In this document: piece after piece, positions 29,266 through 38,398 of the stretch | How positions within the stretch are numbered: position 1 is the first letter of the stretch | Layout: the number at the start of each line of letters is the position of its first letter | DNA from: Myxococcota bacterium | GTDB lineage: Bacteria > Myxococcota_A > UBA9160 > UBA6930 | NCBI GenBank assembly: GCA_965223415.1 | Contig: OZ245002.1 | Location: 2,336,001 to 2,400,000 of the forward strand | Direction: 5' to 3' | DNA: 64,000 bases | Position numbers and translations under genes: made by a program | The notes under the pieces: generated by a model | What the model was told of the DNA's origin: nothing | Databases searched by the model: none | The model's input: only the letters and a program-made list of their open reading frames with translations

Positions 29266-29875
29266 TCTCCGAAACCTCCTTCCGACCCGTCGCGAGTCGA
29301 GGCTTGCCGCCTTCCTTCTGGTCATGGCGTTGTCGCTCGTTGCCAGTGAGGCGACAGGCTGGCCGCGCCTTGGGCCGTGGCTCGACGGGCGGATGGTCTT
29401 TGGTCTCTGGCTCCCACTGCTTGCCGGCGGTCTTCTCACCGAGCGGGAGCATCGACTCGGCCTCGGATTCGGCGATCGGCGGAGAGGACTCGCCGTCCTG
29501 GGCGTCGGCGTGCCTCTTGCCGGGATCTCCGCCGTCGTGCTCGGATTCGATGCCGAGATCGATCGCTACTACCGGCCCTCTGGCTCCCCGGCTCCCGAGC
29601 TCGTCCTACGGTTCTTGCCGGCGGTGCTGCAGGTCGAGGTCTGCTTCCGCGGAGTCCTGCTCTTCGGCCTGCTGCCCCGTCTCGGTCCCTGGCCCGCCGC
29701 GGCGGTGGCCGCCATTCCGTACGGTCTGGTCCACTTGGACAAGCCTCTCGTCGAAGCTCTCGGCTCGGTGCCGGTGGGGTTCGCTCTCGGGCTCGCGGCG
29801 TTGTGGGCGGGCTCGCTGTGGTACGGGTTCGCGGTCCACCTGCTCGGCTCGGTGCTCCTCGTGCGCTTGGGATAG
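29258..29875 (+). CDS. CPBP (Abi / type II CAAX) intramembrane metalloprotease
   Basis: VEVCFRG, YGLVHLDKP..EA, GFAVH; multiple TM segments. Confidence 0.8.
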   Translation: MSDLRNLLPTRRESRLAAFLLVMALSLVASEATGWPRLGPWLDGRMVFGLWLPLLAGGLLTEREHRLGLGFGDRRRGLAVLGVGVPLAGISAVVLGFDAEIDRYYRPSGSPAPELVLRFLPAVLQVEVCFRGVLLFGLLPRLGPWPAAAVAAIPYGLVHLDKPLVEALGSVPVGFALGLAALWAGSLWYGFAVHLLGSVLLVRLG

Positions 29876-29918
29876 GTGGGTGGCGCGGGAACGCGGATTG
29901 GCCCATCGAGCGCGCCCT

Positions 29919-31079
29919 CTACGTCATCGGCGGTAGCTCCAGCCCCAGCAGCGCCTTCCCCGTGTTCTCGAGGGCCATCTCCAGGTCGAAGATGACGTGG
30001 CAGGCGATCACGTCGAGGTCGCGGCGGGCGCGCTGGAGGGGATCCGCGAGCTGGTGGGCGCCGGCGCCGCTGGCTTCGCACGCGTCGCCGACGATGTGCT
30101 TGCTCTGGTCGACCACGGTCGCGAGCTGGGCCTGCAGGCGCGCGCGATCCGCCGGCTGGGCGCCGTCGCGCAGGGCGCACAGCTCGCGGACCGTGTCGCG
30201 CAGCAGGAGCTCCGCCTGGTGGGCGGCGATGGAGAGCCGCGCCAGCCGGATCTGGACGGGCGTGCGCTCCGCCTGGCTGGGGCCCATGCCCATGCGCTTG
30301 CGGCCGGGTAGCCGCGCGCCGAACTCGCGCACCACCGCCCGCGCGCGGCCCAGGGCCGGCATCGACGCGGCGGTGGCGAGGAGCGGGATCATGGGCGTGC
30401 GGTAGAGCGGGCCCGCATGGATCTCCGAGCCCGGGGCGCGGCCCCGGCTCATCGCCAGGATCGACACCGAGCGCTCCTCGGGGACGAAACACTCCTCGAT
30501 CACGACGTCGTGGCTTCCCGTTGCGCACATGCCGTCCACGTGCCAGGTGTCCTCGACGCTCACCTCCTCCCTCGGCACCGCGAAGAACCGCGGATCCGGA
30601 AGCCCGTCCTCGCCCTGGAGCAGGCCGCCGGCGATGACCCAGCTCGAATGCCAGACGCCGGTGGCGAAGGGCCAGCGGCCGCTCAGCACCGCGCCACCGC
30701 GGACGGGCCGGGCCCGGCCCGACGGCGCGATCATGCCGGGCGCCAGCACGTAGCTGCGCTCCGCGAAGAGCTCCTTCTGGAAGCGCTCCGGGAACTGGCA
30801 GAACATCCAGTTGTGCTCGATCAGGAAGGACGTCACCCAGCCGAGGGAGGCGTCGCCCTCCGAGAGGGCCAGGACCACTTCGACGAAGGTGTCCATGTCG
30901 AGCTCGAGGCCGCCGTAGCAGCGCGGGACCATCAGCTCGAAGATCTGGGCGCTCTCGATGGCGGCCATCACCTCGTCGGTGGGATGGCGCAGCTCCTCCG
31001 AGGGGCGGGCGTGCTCGGCCAGCAGCGGGGCGAGGGACCGGGCGCGGTCGATCAGCTCATCGCGGGTCGGGGACGGCAT
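29919..31079 (-). CDS. flavin-dependent monooxygenase oxygenase subunit (HsaA-like, ACAD fold)
   Basis: VPRCYGGLE, DASLGWV, LSGRWPFATG, DTWHVDGMCATGSHDV, LQRARRD. Confidence 0.85.
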   Translation of the reverse strand: MPSPTRDELIDRARSLAPLLAEHARPSEELRHPTDEVMAAIESAQIFELMVPRCYGGLELDMDTFVEVVLALSEGDASLGWVTSFLIEHNWMFCQFPERFQKELFAERSYVLAPGMIAPSGRARPVRGGAVLSGRWPFATGVWHSSWVIAGGLLQGEDGLPDPRFFAVPREEVSVEDTWHVDGMCATGSHDVVIEECFVPEERSVSILAMSRGRAPGSEIHAGPLYRTPMIPLLATAASMPALGRARAVVREFGARLPGRKRMGMGPSQAERTPVQIRLARLSIAAHQAELLLRDTVRELCALRDGAQPADRARLQAQLATVVDQSKHIVGDACEASGAGAHQLADPLQRARRDLDVIACHVIFDLEMALENTGKALLGLELPPMT

Positions 31080-31151
31080 GGGGGCGGATGATATATCGTC
31101 GCCGTTCCGGGCCGAAGGCCCAGCCTGCCCCATCCCGGGACTGGAGGTGTC

Positions 31152-31976
31152 ATGAGTGGTGCGGTTCTCATCACCGGCGGCGCCGGCGGCATGGGCCGCG
31201 CCTGCGCCCGCGCCCTGGCCGGCCGCGGCAGCGAGCTCGTGCTGTGCGACGTCTCGGCCGGCGCCCTCGAGGAGGCGGCTCGCGCGCTGAAGGACGAGGG
31301 CATCGCGGCCACGCCCGTCGTCGCCGACCTGACCGAGCCCGCGGCGGTCGCCGACCTGGTGGAGCGCGCGCGCGCCGCCGGCGGCCTCGCGGCCCTGGCC
31401 CACACCGCTGGCCTCTCGCCGGCCTGCGGCGACGCCCGGCTCATCTTCGAGGTGAACCTGGTGTCGAGCGCGCGGCTCGCCTCCGCGCTGCTCCCGGCGG
31501 TCAGCGCGGGCAGCGTCGCGGTGATGATCTCCTCCCAGGCGGGTCACATGGGCGCGGCCTCGATCACGCCGGAGATCGCTGCGATCCTCGACGATCCGAC
31601 CGCCGACGGCGCGTGGGAGCGGCTCGTCGCCTGCGCCGGCCCACTGGCCGGCCCGGGAGGCGCCTATGCGCTCACCAAGCGCGCGGTGCAGCGACTGGTC
31701 GTCGCGTCGGCGCCGGCCTGGGGTGCGCGCGGCGGGCGGATCGTCTCGCTCTCGCCCGGCGTCGTCGAGACCCAGATGGGCCACGCAGAGCACGCGTCGA
31801 ACCCGGGCGCCGTCGACACCATCCTCGAGAAGACGCCGGTGGGCGGGCGCATGGGCCGCCCGGAGGAGATCGCCTCCGTCGTCGCCTTCCTGTGCTCCGA
31901 GGGCGCCTCCTATGTGAGCGGGGTCGACTGGCTGGTGGACGGCGGCAGCACCCACCAGGTGATGGGCGGCACCTGA
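31152..31976 (+). CDS. SDR (3-alpha-HSD / carbonyl reductase-like)
   Basis: TGGAGGMG, HTAGLSP, YALTK, SLSPG. Confidence 0.9.
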   Translation: MSGAVLITGGAGGMGRACARALAGRGSELVLCDVSAGALEEAARALKDEGIAATPVVADLTEPAAVADLVERARAAGGLAALAHTAGLSPACGDARLIFEVNLVSSARLASALLPAVSAGSVAVMISSQAGHMGAASITPEIAAILDDPTADGAWERLVACAGPLAGPGGAYALTKRAVQRLVVASAPAWGARGGRIVSLSPGVVETQMGHAEHASNPGAVDTILEKTPVGGRMGRPEEIASVVAFLCSEGASYVSGVDWLVDGGSTHQVMGGT

Positions 31977-31977
31977 G

Positions 31978-32769
31978 ATGGGTGAGCCCGCCTGCATCCA
32001 GGTCGACGAGGCGGCGCCCTTCGTCCGCCGCATCACCCTCGACCGGCCCGAGAAGCGCAACGCCATCAGCAACGCACTGCGCGCCGAGCTGCTCACGGCC
32101 CTGCAGGAGGCCGATCGCGACGACGCGGTGCGCGTGACGATCCTGCGCGGCGCGGGCAAGTGCTTCTCCAGCGGCTACGACCTGAAGAGCGATCTCGGCG
32201 CGGACCAGCCCTACTTCACCGCCGATACCGGTCTCCAGTGGGCGAAGCACGTGGGCCAGGGTTGGATGTCGATCTGGGACCTGGCGAAGCCGGTGATCGC
32301 GCAGATCCATGGCTATGCCATGGCCGGCGGGCTCGAGCTGGCCGGTGCGTGCGACCTCGCCTACGCGGCTGCGGATGCCCGGCTCTCCCACCCGGTGCTC
32401 CAGTTCGCCGGCCTGCCGGACTTCGCCTACTTCCCGGTGATGCTCCAGCCCCGCCACGCCATGGAGCTGCACATCGCCGGGCGGGTCTACAGCGGGGAGG
32501 AGGCCGAGCGTGTCGGCTTGGTGAACCAAGCGTTCCCCGCCGAGGAGCTGGAGGCGCAGGTGCTCGAGATCGCCGAGCGCATCGCGCAGACCCCGCCGGC
32601 GGTGGTGGCCGTCAACAAGCGCTTCGTCCACGCCGCCCTCGAGGCCCAGGGGGCTCGCGGCGTCGTCCGGATCGGCGCCGACCTCCAGGCCGGCCCCCAC
32701 CTCCAGGCCCTCGCGGCCGGTGGCGCCGAGCTCTCCGCCATGGTGAAAGACGCCCAGAAGAAGGGGTGA
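31978..32769 (+). CDS. enoyl-CoA hydratase/isomerase family protein
   Basis: LDRPEKRNAI, FSSGYDL, KPVIAQIHGYAMAGG. Confidence 0.9.
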   Translation: MGEPACIQVDEAAPFVRRITLDRPEKRNAISNALRAELLTALQEADRDDAVRVTILRGAGKCFSSGYDLKSDLGADQPYFTADTGLQWAKHVGQGWMSIWDLAKPVIAQIHGYAMAGGLELAGACDLAYAAADARLSHPVLQFAGLPDFAYFPVMLQPRHAMELHIAGRVYSGEEAERVGLVNQAFPAEELEAQVLEIAERIAQTPPAVVAVNKRFVHAALEAQGARGVVRIGADLQAGPHLQALAAGGAELSAMVKDAQKKG

Positions 32770-32831
32770 GCTTCCCGCTCCGGTCGTTATCCTCCCGCCG
32801 CCTGGATCCTGGACCCGATCGGAGACCTTCC

Positions 32832-33422
32832 ATGCCCGCCCGCAAGACCGGCCTGCTCGTCCCTCACCTCGTCCTCGCCGCTGCCCTCGCCCTGGGCCTC
32901 GGCTGCGACCTGCCCGGTGAGGGCTGGCCCGGCACCGAGGCCATCGACGCGGACGTCGTGCGCATCCAGGAGCTGGCCGCCGAGCGGGTGGCTGCCGGTG
33001 AGCCGGCGCCGAAGGGCCCCGCCGAGCTGGCCGTCGCGGCGCCCGCCGCTCCCGCGGAGGCGCCCGCCGAAGAGCCGGAACCGGAGCCCGAGGCGGAGGC
33101 CGAGCCGTTCGTGCCCGACGCCGCCCGCGGCGCCGAGGTCTACGCCCTCAACTGCGCGAGCTGTCACGGCGCCGAGGGGCGAGGCGACGGCCCGGCCGGC
33201 GCCGCGCTGGAGCCGCCGCCCACGAATCACGTCGACGGCGCCTACATGAACGGGCTCAGCAACGACCATCTCTACAAGGCCGTGTACGACGGCGGCGTCG
33301 CGGTCGGCAAGAGCGTGTCGATGGCGCCCTGGGGCGCCGTGCTCGGCGAGGAGAAGGTCTGGGACGTGGTGGCCTACATGCGCCAGCTCGCGGACCCGGC
33401 CTACGAGGGCAGCGTTCCCTAA
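32832..33422 (+). CDS. lipoprotein monoheme c-type cytochrome
   Basis: Lipobox-like LGLGC, Pro/Ala/Glu linker, CASCH, SMAPW axial Met. Confidence 0.9.
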   Translation: MPARKTGLLVPHLVLAAALALGLGCDLPGEGWPGTEAIDADVVRIQELAAERVAAGEPAPKGPAELAVAAPAAPAEAPAEEPEPEPEAEAEPFVPDAARGAEVYALNCASCHGAEGRGDGPAGAALEPPPTNHVDGAYMNGLSNDHLYKAVYDGGVAVGKSVSMAPWGAVLGEEKVWDVVAYMRQLADPAYEGSVP

Positions 33423-36238
33423 GGGACGAAGCGCTCCCGGCTCGCGACCGTCTTCGGGTGGGCCATCTCCACCGCGTGGGCGTCGACGACGAGCCACTTC
33501 CCGAGCTGGGTCGCGTACTCGGGGCTCGCCGGGTCGCCGGACGGGCCGCCGGGCATGACGTTGGTTCCGCGCACGTTCCCCGGACCGGAGCGGATGCCGG
33601 CCGTGCCGACATAACGACGCACGGGCCCGCCGCCGAAGCGGAAGCCGTTCACGCTGTCGGCCCGGGCCGAGAAGCCGGAGGCGTTCACCACCTCGTAGCC
33701 TCCGTCCCGCGGGAGCCCGGGCAGGCCCGGGGCCAGGTCGCTGAAGCCCGCCGCCGGCGGCAGGGAGAATGCGCCGCCCAGCGGGTGGTCGAAGGTGATG
33801 CGGTGAAGCTTGCCCCAGCGGTAGTCGTCCTGGCTCGTCGATCCCGCGAAGGCCGGCGCGAAGGCGGGCGAGGCCAGCAGGTCGAGGGCGGAGCGCACGG
33901 CCTGGAGGAGCGCCAGGTCCCGCCGATCCGTCGGCGCCAGCTGCGGCGGATCCGGCAGCAGGTCGACGCCGGAGCCCTCGCCCAGGCCGGTGAAGGGCTC
34001 GGTGGAGAAGAGGTGGTGGACGAGCTTCAGGGCGTCGCCGGATCCGATGCCCGGCACGCCGAGCTGGGAGAGGCGTGCGTCGATCGTTCCGCGGATCAGC
34101 TGGCCCCGCCAGACGTTGTAGAGGGTGGCGGCGACGCTCGAGCGGGCTTCGGCGGCGCCCACCTGGGCGCGCAGGCCATAGCGGAACTGGGAGTCGAAGC
34201 CTTCCGGGATGCCGGTGGGCGTCCGGAGGTCCCAGCGCCGGATCCGGCGAACCGCTTCGGCCACCTCCGGGTCGGCGGCCAGGGCCTGGAGCTCGGGCAC
34301 CGAGGAGATCTCGGCGTTCTGCCACGCCCGGCGCAGGAGCGGTCGCATCAGCTCCGCATCGAGCTGCTGGGTGTTGCCCTGGAATCGGCGCATGTCGGTC
34401 TCGGAGATCTTGCGACCCCGCTGGATCTTGCGCTGGAGGAGGCGGGTGATGCGCCCGGCCCGCAGGCCCGTGCCGTAGCCGCCGTTCAGGTAGTAGATGG
34501 AGGCCGGGCTTCCGGGGCGCCCCTGGTTCAGGGCGTCGTTGTCGAGCACCGTGCCCGCCGGGTCGTTGTTGGCGTTGACGAAGAAGCCCGCCTCCGGGTC
34601 GAGGGCCTGGGGCATCTCGTTCGGCGGCAGGATCGCGAAGGGAATGGCCTGGCCCTGGGAGCGCGCCGGGTCGGGCACCCAGTTGGCGGGGCCGGAGCCG
34701 TCGCGCACGAAGAAGGGCGGGAGCCCGTGCACCGTGCCCTGCTCCAGGTCCTTGCGCAGGGGCAGCTCGGCGCTGGCGAAGTAGCCCAGGTGTCCGTCCT
34801 TGTCCGCGTAGGCCCAGTTCTGGGAGCCGACGTCGAAATCCGCCAGGCCGACGAGGAACTCGTTCAGGTCCTTCGCCCGGTTCCAGCTGAGGAAGGTCTG
34901 CACCTCGCGGGTAGCGTGGAAGCCCGTGTACTGGAGCACGAGCACGGTCGTCACGCCGCCGGCGAGGAGCACGTTCGCGTCCTCGATGTCGATGACCGGA
35001 CCGTGGCTCCGGAAGGGGACGGTGATGACCAGGGACGAGGCCGGGGGCAGCTGCTGCAGAGCGAGGTTGTCGGGCACCCCGTCGCCGATCTGGTTGGCGA
35101 GATAGGCCGCCAGATCGATGTTCACCGGATGGAAGGCCCCCTCGGTCTTGATGCAGACGGACGGGCACTGGGGCGTTCGCACGTGGAGCTCGTCCATAAA
35201 GGTGTCGGTCACGTCCATCGGGTTGGTCGTCGCGCCCCAGGTGATGTGCTCGTTCTGGCCGAGGATCACGCCGGGCGTGCCCGGGAAGCCCACACCGTTC
35301 ACGTTGAAGGGGCCGTTCGTCGGATCGTTCGTCCTGAGGTGCCACTCGTAGAACGTGGACGGCATGTCGAGGGAGAGATGGGGATCGTTGGCGATCATCG
35401 GGCGGCCCGTCTTGCTGTGCTGGGCCGCCACGCCCCACTCGTTGCTGCCCAGCGGTAGCTGGGTGCGCTCGAGGGCCCGCGCGAGCCAGGGAACCTGGCG
35501 CATGCGCTCTTCCGCCCGGCCCGCCGCGGCCGCCGCTCGCGCGAGGAGCACCGCGTCCGGCTTCACGGTCTTGCGAGCCACGAAGGGGAAGGTGCCGGTG
35601 GCGTCCGGGACGGTGCTCGCCGGATCCATGGGCGCGGCGCACACCACGTCGGCGTAGAGGGCGGCGCCGTCGTAGCCGCCGGCGCTCCCGGCGGCGACGT
35701 AGGCCTCGTAGTCGAAGGTGCGTCCCACGTCGATGTCGAGGGAGAGGCTCGCCGCGATCGCCTTGCCGATGGCGAGGGTGTCCACCGGCGCCCAGGGCCG
35801 GGCCTGGGTCAGCTCCAGCTGAGCGTACTCGGGCGGCAGCGGGTTGGCGGCGAGCCACGCGTTCACGCCGTCGGCGTAGGCCTGGAGCAGCGCCACCTCC
35901 GAGGGGCCCAACGCGTCGAGGCTGCGCTGGGCGGCGCGATGCAGACCGAAGACCCGCGACTGCACGTCGCTGCCGATCCGTCCCGCGCCCTCCAGCTCGG
36001 CGAGGGTTCCGTCCACCTGGCGCCGGGTGCGGTCCATCTGGAAGAAGCGATCGTCGGCGTGGATCCAGCCCTGGAGGCGGGCCAGGTCCAGGTCGTCCTG
36101 GGCCCAGAGGTGGCGGACGCCGTGCTCATCGGTCGTCACCTCGGCCACACCGGCCAGGCCGGGGAGCGTCGTGTCGGCTCGGACGGCGCCGACCGGGACC
36201 AGGAGGAGGACGAGAGCGAGGAGGGCAAACCGCGGCAT
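33419..36238 (-). CDS. penicillin/AHL acylase family Ntn hydrolase, secreted
   Basis: Signal peptide, DRFFQMD, GSNEWGV nucleophile, ANDPHL, NANND, WGKLH. Confidence 0.95.
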   Translation of the reverse strand: MPRFALLALVLLLVPVGAVRADTTLPGLAGVAEVTTDEHGVRHLWAQDDLDLARLQGWIHADDRFFQMDRTRRQVDGTLAELEGAGRIGSDVQSRVFGLHRAAQRSLDALGPSEVALLQAYADGVNAWLAANPLPPEYAQLELTQARPWAPVDTLAIGKAIAASLSLDIDVGRTFDYEAYVAAGSAGGYDGAALYADVVCAAPMDPASTVPDATGTFPFVARKTVKPDAVLLARAAAAAGRAEERMRQVPWLARALERTQLPLGSNEWGVAAQHSKTGRPMIANDPHLSLDMPSTFYEWHLRTNDPTNGPFNVNGVGFPGTPGVILGQNEHITWGATTNPMDVTDTFMDELHVRTPQCPSVCIKTEGAFHPVNIDLAAYLANQIGDGVPDNLALQQLPPASSLVITVPFRSHGPVIDIEDANVLLAGGVTTVLVLQYTGFHATREVQTFLSWNRAKDLNEFLVGLADFDVGSQNWAYADKDGHLGYFASAELPLRKDLEQGTVHGLPPFFVRDGSGPANWVPDPARSQGQAIPFAILPPNEMPQALDPEAGFFVNANNDPAGTVLDNDALNQGRPGSPASIYYLNGGYGTGLRAGRITRLLQRKIQRGRKISETDMRRFQGNTQQLDAELMRPLLRRAWQNAEISSVPELQALAADPEVAEAVRRIRRWDLRTPTGIPEGFDSQFRYGLRAQVGAAEARSSVAATLYNVWRGQLIRGTIDARLSQLGVPGIGSGDALKLVHHLFSTEPFTGLGEGSGVDLLPDPPQLAPTDRRDLALLQAVRSALDLLASPAFAPAFAGSTSQDDYRWGKLHRITFDHPLGGAFSLPPAAGFSDLAPGLPGLPRDGGYEVVNASGFSARADSVNGFRFGGGPVRRYVGTAGIRSGPGNVRGTNVMPGGPSGDPASPEYATQLGKWLVVDAHAVEMAHPKTVASRERFVP

Positions 36239-36288
36239 GAAGGCACCTCGTTGGGGGCTGGTGCCCCCAATGCTGCGCCAACCTCGGC

Positions 36289-37032
36289 TCAGCTGCCAGA
36301 CGGCGCGAGGCGGTGCAGGAACACCGGCCCGCCCAAGCGCCGCGCCGCCGCGCGGATGCTCCCGGCGCGCTTCCGCACGTAGGGGCTGGGCGAGGATGCG
36401 GAGAGCCGCTTCGGGCTGGGGAGCACCGCCGCCAGCAGGGCGGCCTGGCGCCGGTCGAGGGCCCGAGCCGACACGCCGAAGTGTCGCCGGGCCGCCGCCT
36501 CGACGCCGAACACGCCGGGACCGAACTCGACCACGTTCAGGTAGACCTCGAGGATGCGCCGCTTTGGCCAGGCCGCTTCCAGGCAGACGGTGAGGCCGGC
36601 CTCGAGCCCCTTGCGCAGCCAGCTCCGCTCGGGCCAGAGGTAGAGGTTCTTCGCCAGCTGCTGGCTCACGGTGCTGGCGCCCCGCAACCTGCCCGAGTCG
36701 TCCTGGATCGCGTCGCCGATCGCCTCCCAGTCGAAGCCGCCATGCTCGGGAAAGCGCTGGTCCTCGCCGGCCAGCACCGCCACGGCCATGTGGGGCGAGA
36801 TGCGCTGCCAAGGCACCCAGCGCTGGTCGACGCGGCCGCCGGGTGCGTCGGCGCGGGCCTGGAGCATGAAGGCGGTGGTGGGCGGGGGGATCCAGCGCCA
36901 GGGAACGACGAGCAGGAAGAGGCCGAGCGCCGCGGCGGCCGCCGCGCGGAGGCCGAGCCCGAGCAGACGGCGCGGCCAGCGCCTGCCCCTCGTTCGTCTC
37001 CTTCGCCGTTGCCCGCGGGCTCGTCTCGCCAC
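36289..37032 (-). CDS. mtgA: monofunctional peptidoglycan transglycosylase
   Basis: EDQRFPEHGGFDW, RGASTVSQQLAKNL, RKGLE, KRRILEVYLNVVEFG. Confidence 0.95.
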   Translation of the reverse strand: MARRARGQRRRRRTRGRRWPRRLLGLGLRAAAAAALGLFLLVVPWRWIPPPTTAFMLQARADAPGGRVDQRWVPWQRISPHMAVAVLAGEDQRFPEHGGFDWEAIGDAIQDDSGRLRGASTVSQQLAKNLYLWPERSWLRKGLEAGLTVCLEAAWPKRRILEVYLNVVEFGPGVFGVEAAARRHFGVSARALDRRQAALLAAVLPSPKRLSASSPSPYVRKRAGSIRAAARRLGGPVFLHRLAPSGS

Positions 37033-37054
37033 CGTCGGGGTGTAGCATGAGCCC

Positions 37055-37171
37055 ATGACCACTCCCGAGAGCGTCTCCGGCTCCTGCCTGTGCGGCGCCG
37101 TCCGGTTCACGGTGCGCATGCCCACGACCTTCTGCGGCCACTGCCACTGCACCATGTGCCGCCGCCTATGA
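37055..37171 (+). pseudogene. GFA (CENP-V) family N-terminal fragment ending at the palindrome
   Basis: MTTPESVSGSCLCGAVRFTVRMPTTFCGHCHCTMCRRL*; the C-terminal CxxC half is absent. Confidence 0.8.
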
Positions 37172-37242
37172 AGAAACGGGGCCAGAGTTAAGAATTCAGT
37201 TGCCCAAAGGCAACTGAATTCTTAACTCTGGCCCCGTTTCTT
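37171..37242. repeat. perfect palindrome (34-bp arms, 4-nt loop), second copy
   Basis: AAGAAACGGGGCCAGAGTTAAGAATTCAGTTGCC-CAAA-exact reverse complement. Confidence 0.95.
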
Positions 37243-38398
37243 AACTCATGCCGAGGATGGCGATGCCGCAGGTCTGGGGGGCGCCGCCGATGTTGTGGCT
37301 GAGGGCGAGGGTGGCGTTCTCGACCTGGCGGCCGGTGGCGCGGCCCTGGAGCTGGAGGACGTTCTCGTAGATCATGCGCACACCGGTGGCGCCGGTGGGG
37401 TGGCCGAAGGTCTTGAGGCCGCCGTCGGTGTTGACCGGGAGCTCGCCGCCCAGCTCGAAGGTGCCGCTTGCGACGTGGTCCTTGGCTTCGCCCTTCTTGC
37501 ACAGGCCCAAGTCCTCGTAGCTGAGCAGCTCGGTCAGGGTGAAGCAATCGTGGAGCTGCACCACGTCGAGCTCGCGGAAGGGCTCGCGGATGCCGGCCTG
37601 CTCGTAGGCGTCCTTGGCGGCGTAGAGGGTGGGCTTCCAGGCGAGGAAGTCGAAATCCGGGTCGCGCTGGGGATGCTCGGCGGTGGCGACGGTCACCGCC
37701 TTCACCAGCGGCGCGTCGTCCCGGAAGCTCTTTGCCAGGTCCGTCCGGGTGATGATCGCCGCCGCGGCACCGTCGCTCTGGGCGGCGCAATCGTAGAGGC
37801 CGAACGGCCAGCTGATGATGCGCGCCTTCAGCACGTCGTCCACGGTGATCTCGCGCTTCAGCATCGACTTCGGCGCCAGCGTGCCGTTGTGGTGGTTCTT
37901 CACGGCGATCTTCGCCAGGTCCTCGCGGCCGGTGTCGTAGGTTTCGAAGTAGCGCGCCGCGCACAGGGAGAACCAGCCGGCGGGGGTGGCGGGGAGCCCG
38001 CGCACCTTGTCGAAGTTCACGCTCGGGCCGGAGACGCCCCGGTCCTTGGGCTTGTCGAAGCCCACCACCAGCACCGTGTCGTAGAGGCCCGCCGCCACCG
38101 AGAACACGCCGCAGCGGAAGGCGTCGGTGCCGGTCTGGCAGTAGTCCATCAGCATGGTGATGGGCTTGCCGAAGAGCTTCAGCGCCTCGGCCACCTCGCC
38201 GCTGCCTTCGCGGGGATAGACGGCGCCGGCGAAGACGGCCTCGATCTGCCGGTCCGGGTCCTCGATGCCCGCGTCCTCGTAGGCCTCGTAGACCGCGTCG
38301 ACGATCATGTCCTCGCGGCTGCTGGTCCAGTTCTCGCCGAACTGGCAGCAGCCGACGCCCACCACGGAGACCTTGTCGCGAATGGCTTCGGGGTTCAA
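37241..38398 (-). CDS. thiolase (SCP2/archaeal-type acetyl-CoA acetyltransferase)
   Basis: DYCQTG, DGAAAAI, LHDCFT, NTDGGL..GHPTGATG, HNIGG. Confidence 0.9.
   Translation of the reverse strand: MNPEAIRDKVSVVGVGCCQFGENWTSSREDMIVDAVYEAYEDAGIEDPDRQIEAVFAGAVYPREGSGEVAEALKLFGKPITMLMDYCQTGTDAFRCGVFSVAAGLYDTVLVVGFDKPKDRGVSGPSVNFDKVRGLPATPAGWFSLCAARYFETYDTGREDLAKIAVKNHHNGTLAPKSMLKREITVDDVLKARIISWPFGLYDCAAQSDGAAAAIITRTDLAKSFRDDAPLVKAVTVATAEHPQRDPDFDFLAWKPTLYAAKDAYEQAGIREPFRELDVVQLHDCFTLTELLSYEDLGLCKKGEAKDHVASGTFELGGELPVNTDGGLKTFGHPTGATGVRMIYENVLQLQGRATGRQVENATLALSHNIGGAPQTCGIAILGMS

Noticed and set aside
33415..33427. Overlapping convergent stops (CTAA here, CTAG at 10637)
   Set aside because: Ordinary compact gene packing; lacks the GGGGCC repeat motif.
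33419..37147. Apparent N-terminal extensions/fusions in the ORF track (1242-aa acylase, 950-aa ALDH, 795-aa ligase)
   Set aside because: The extensions are off-frame reads of upstream genes; the real starts have their own SD or signal peptide.
37169..37242. TGA followed by a hairpin as possible selenocysteine read-through of the GFA fragment
   Set aside because: Read-through meets TAA within the palindrome, no GFA C-terminus follows, and the TGA is not at a Cys position.
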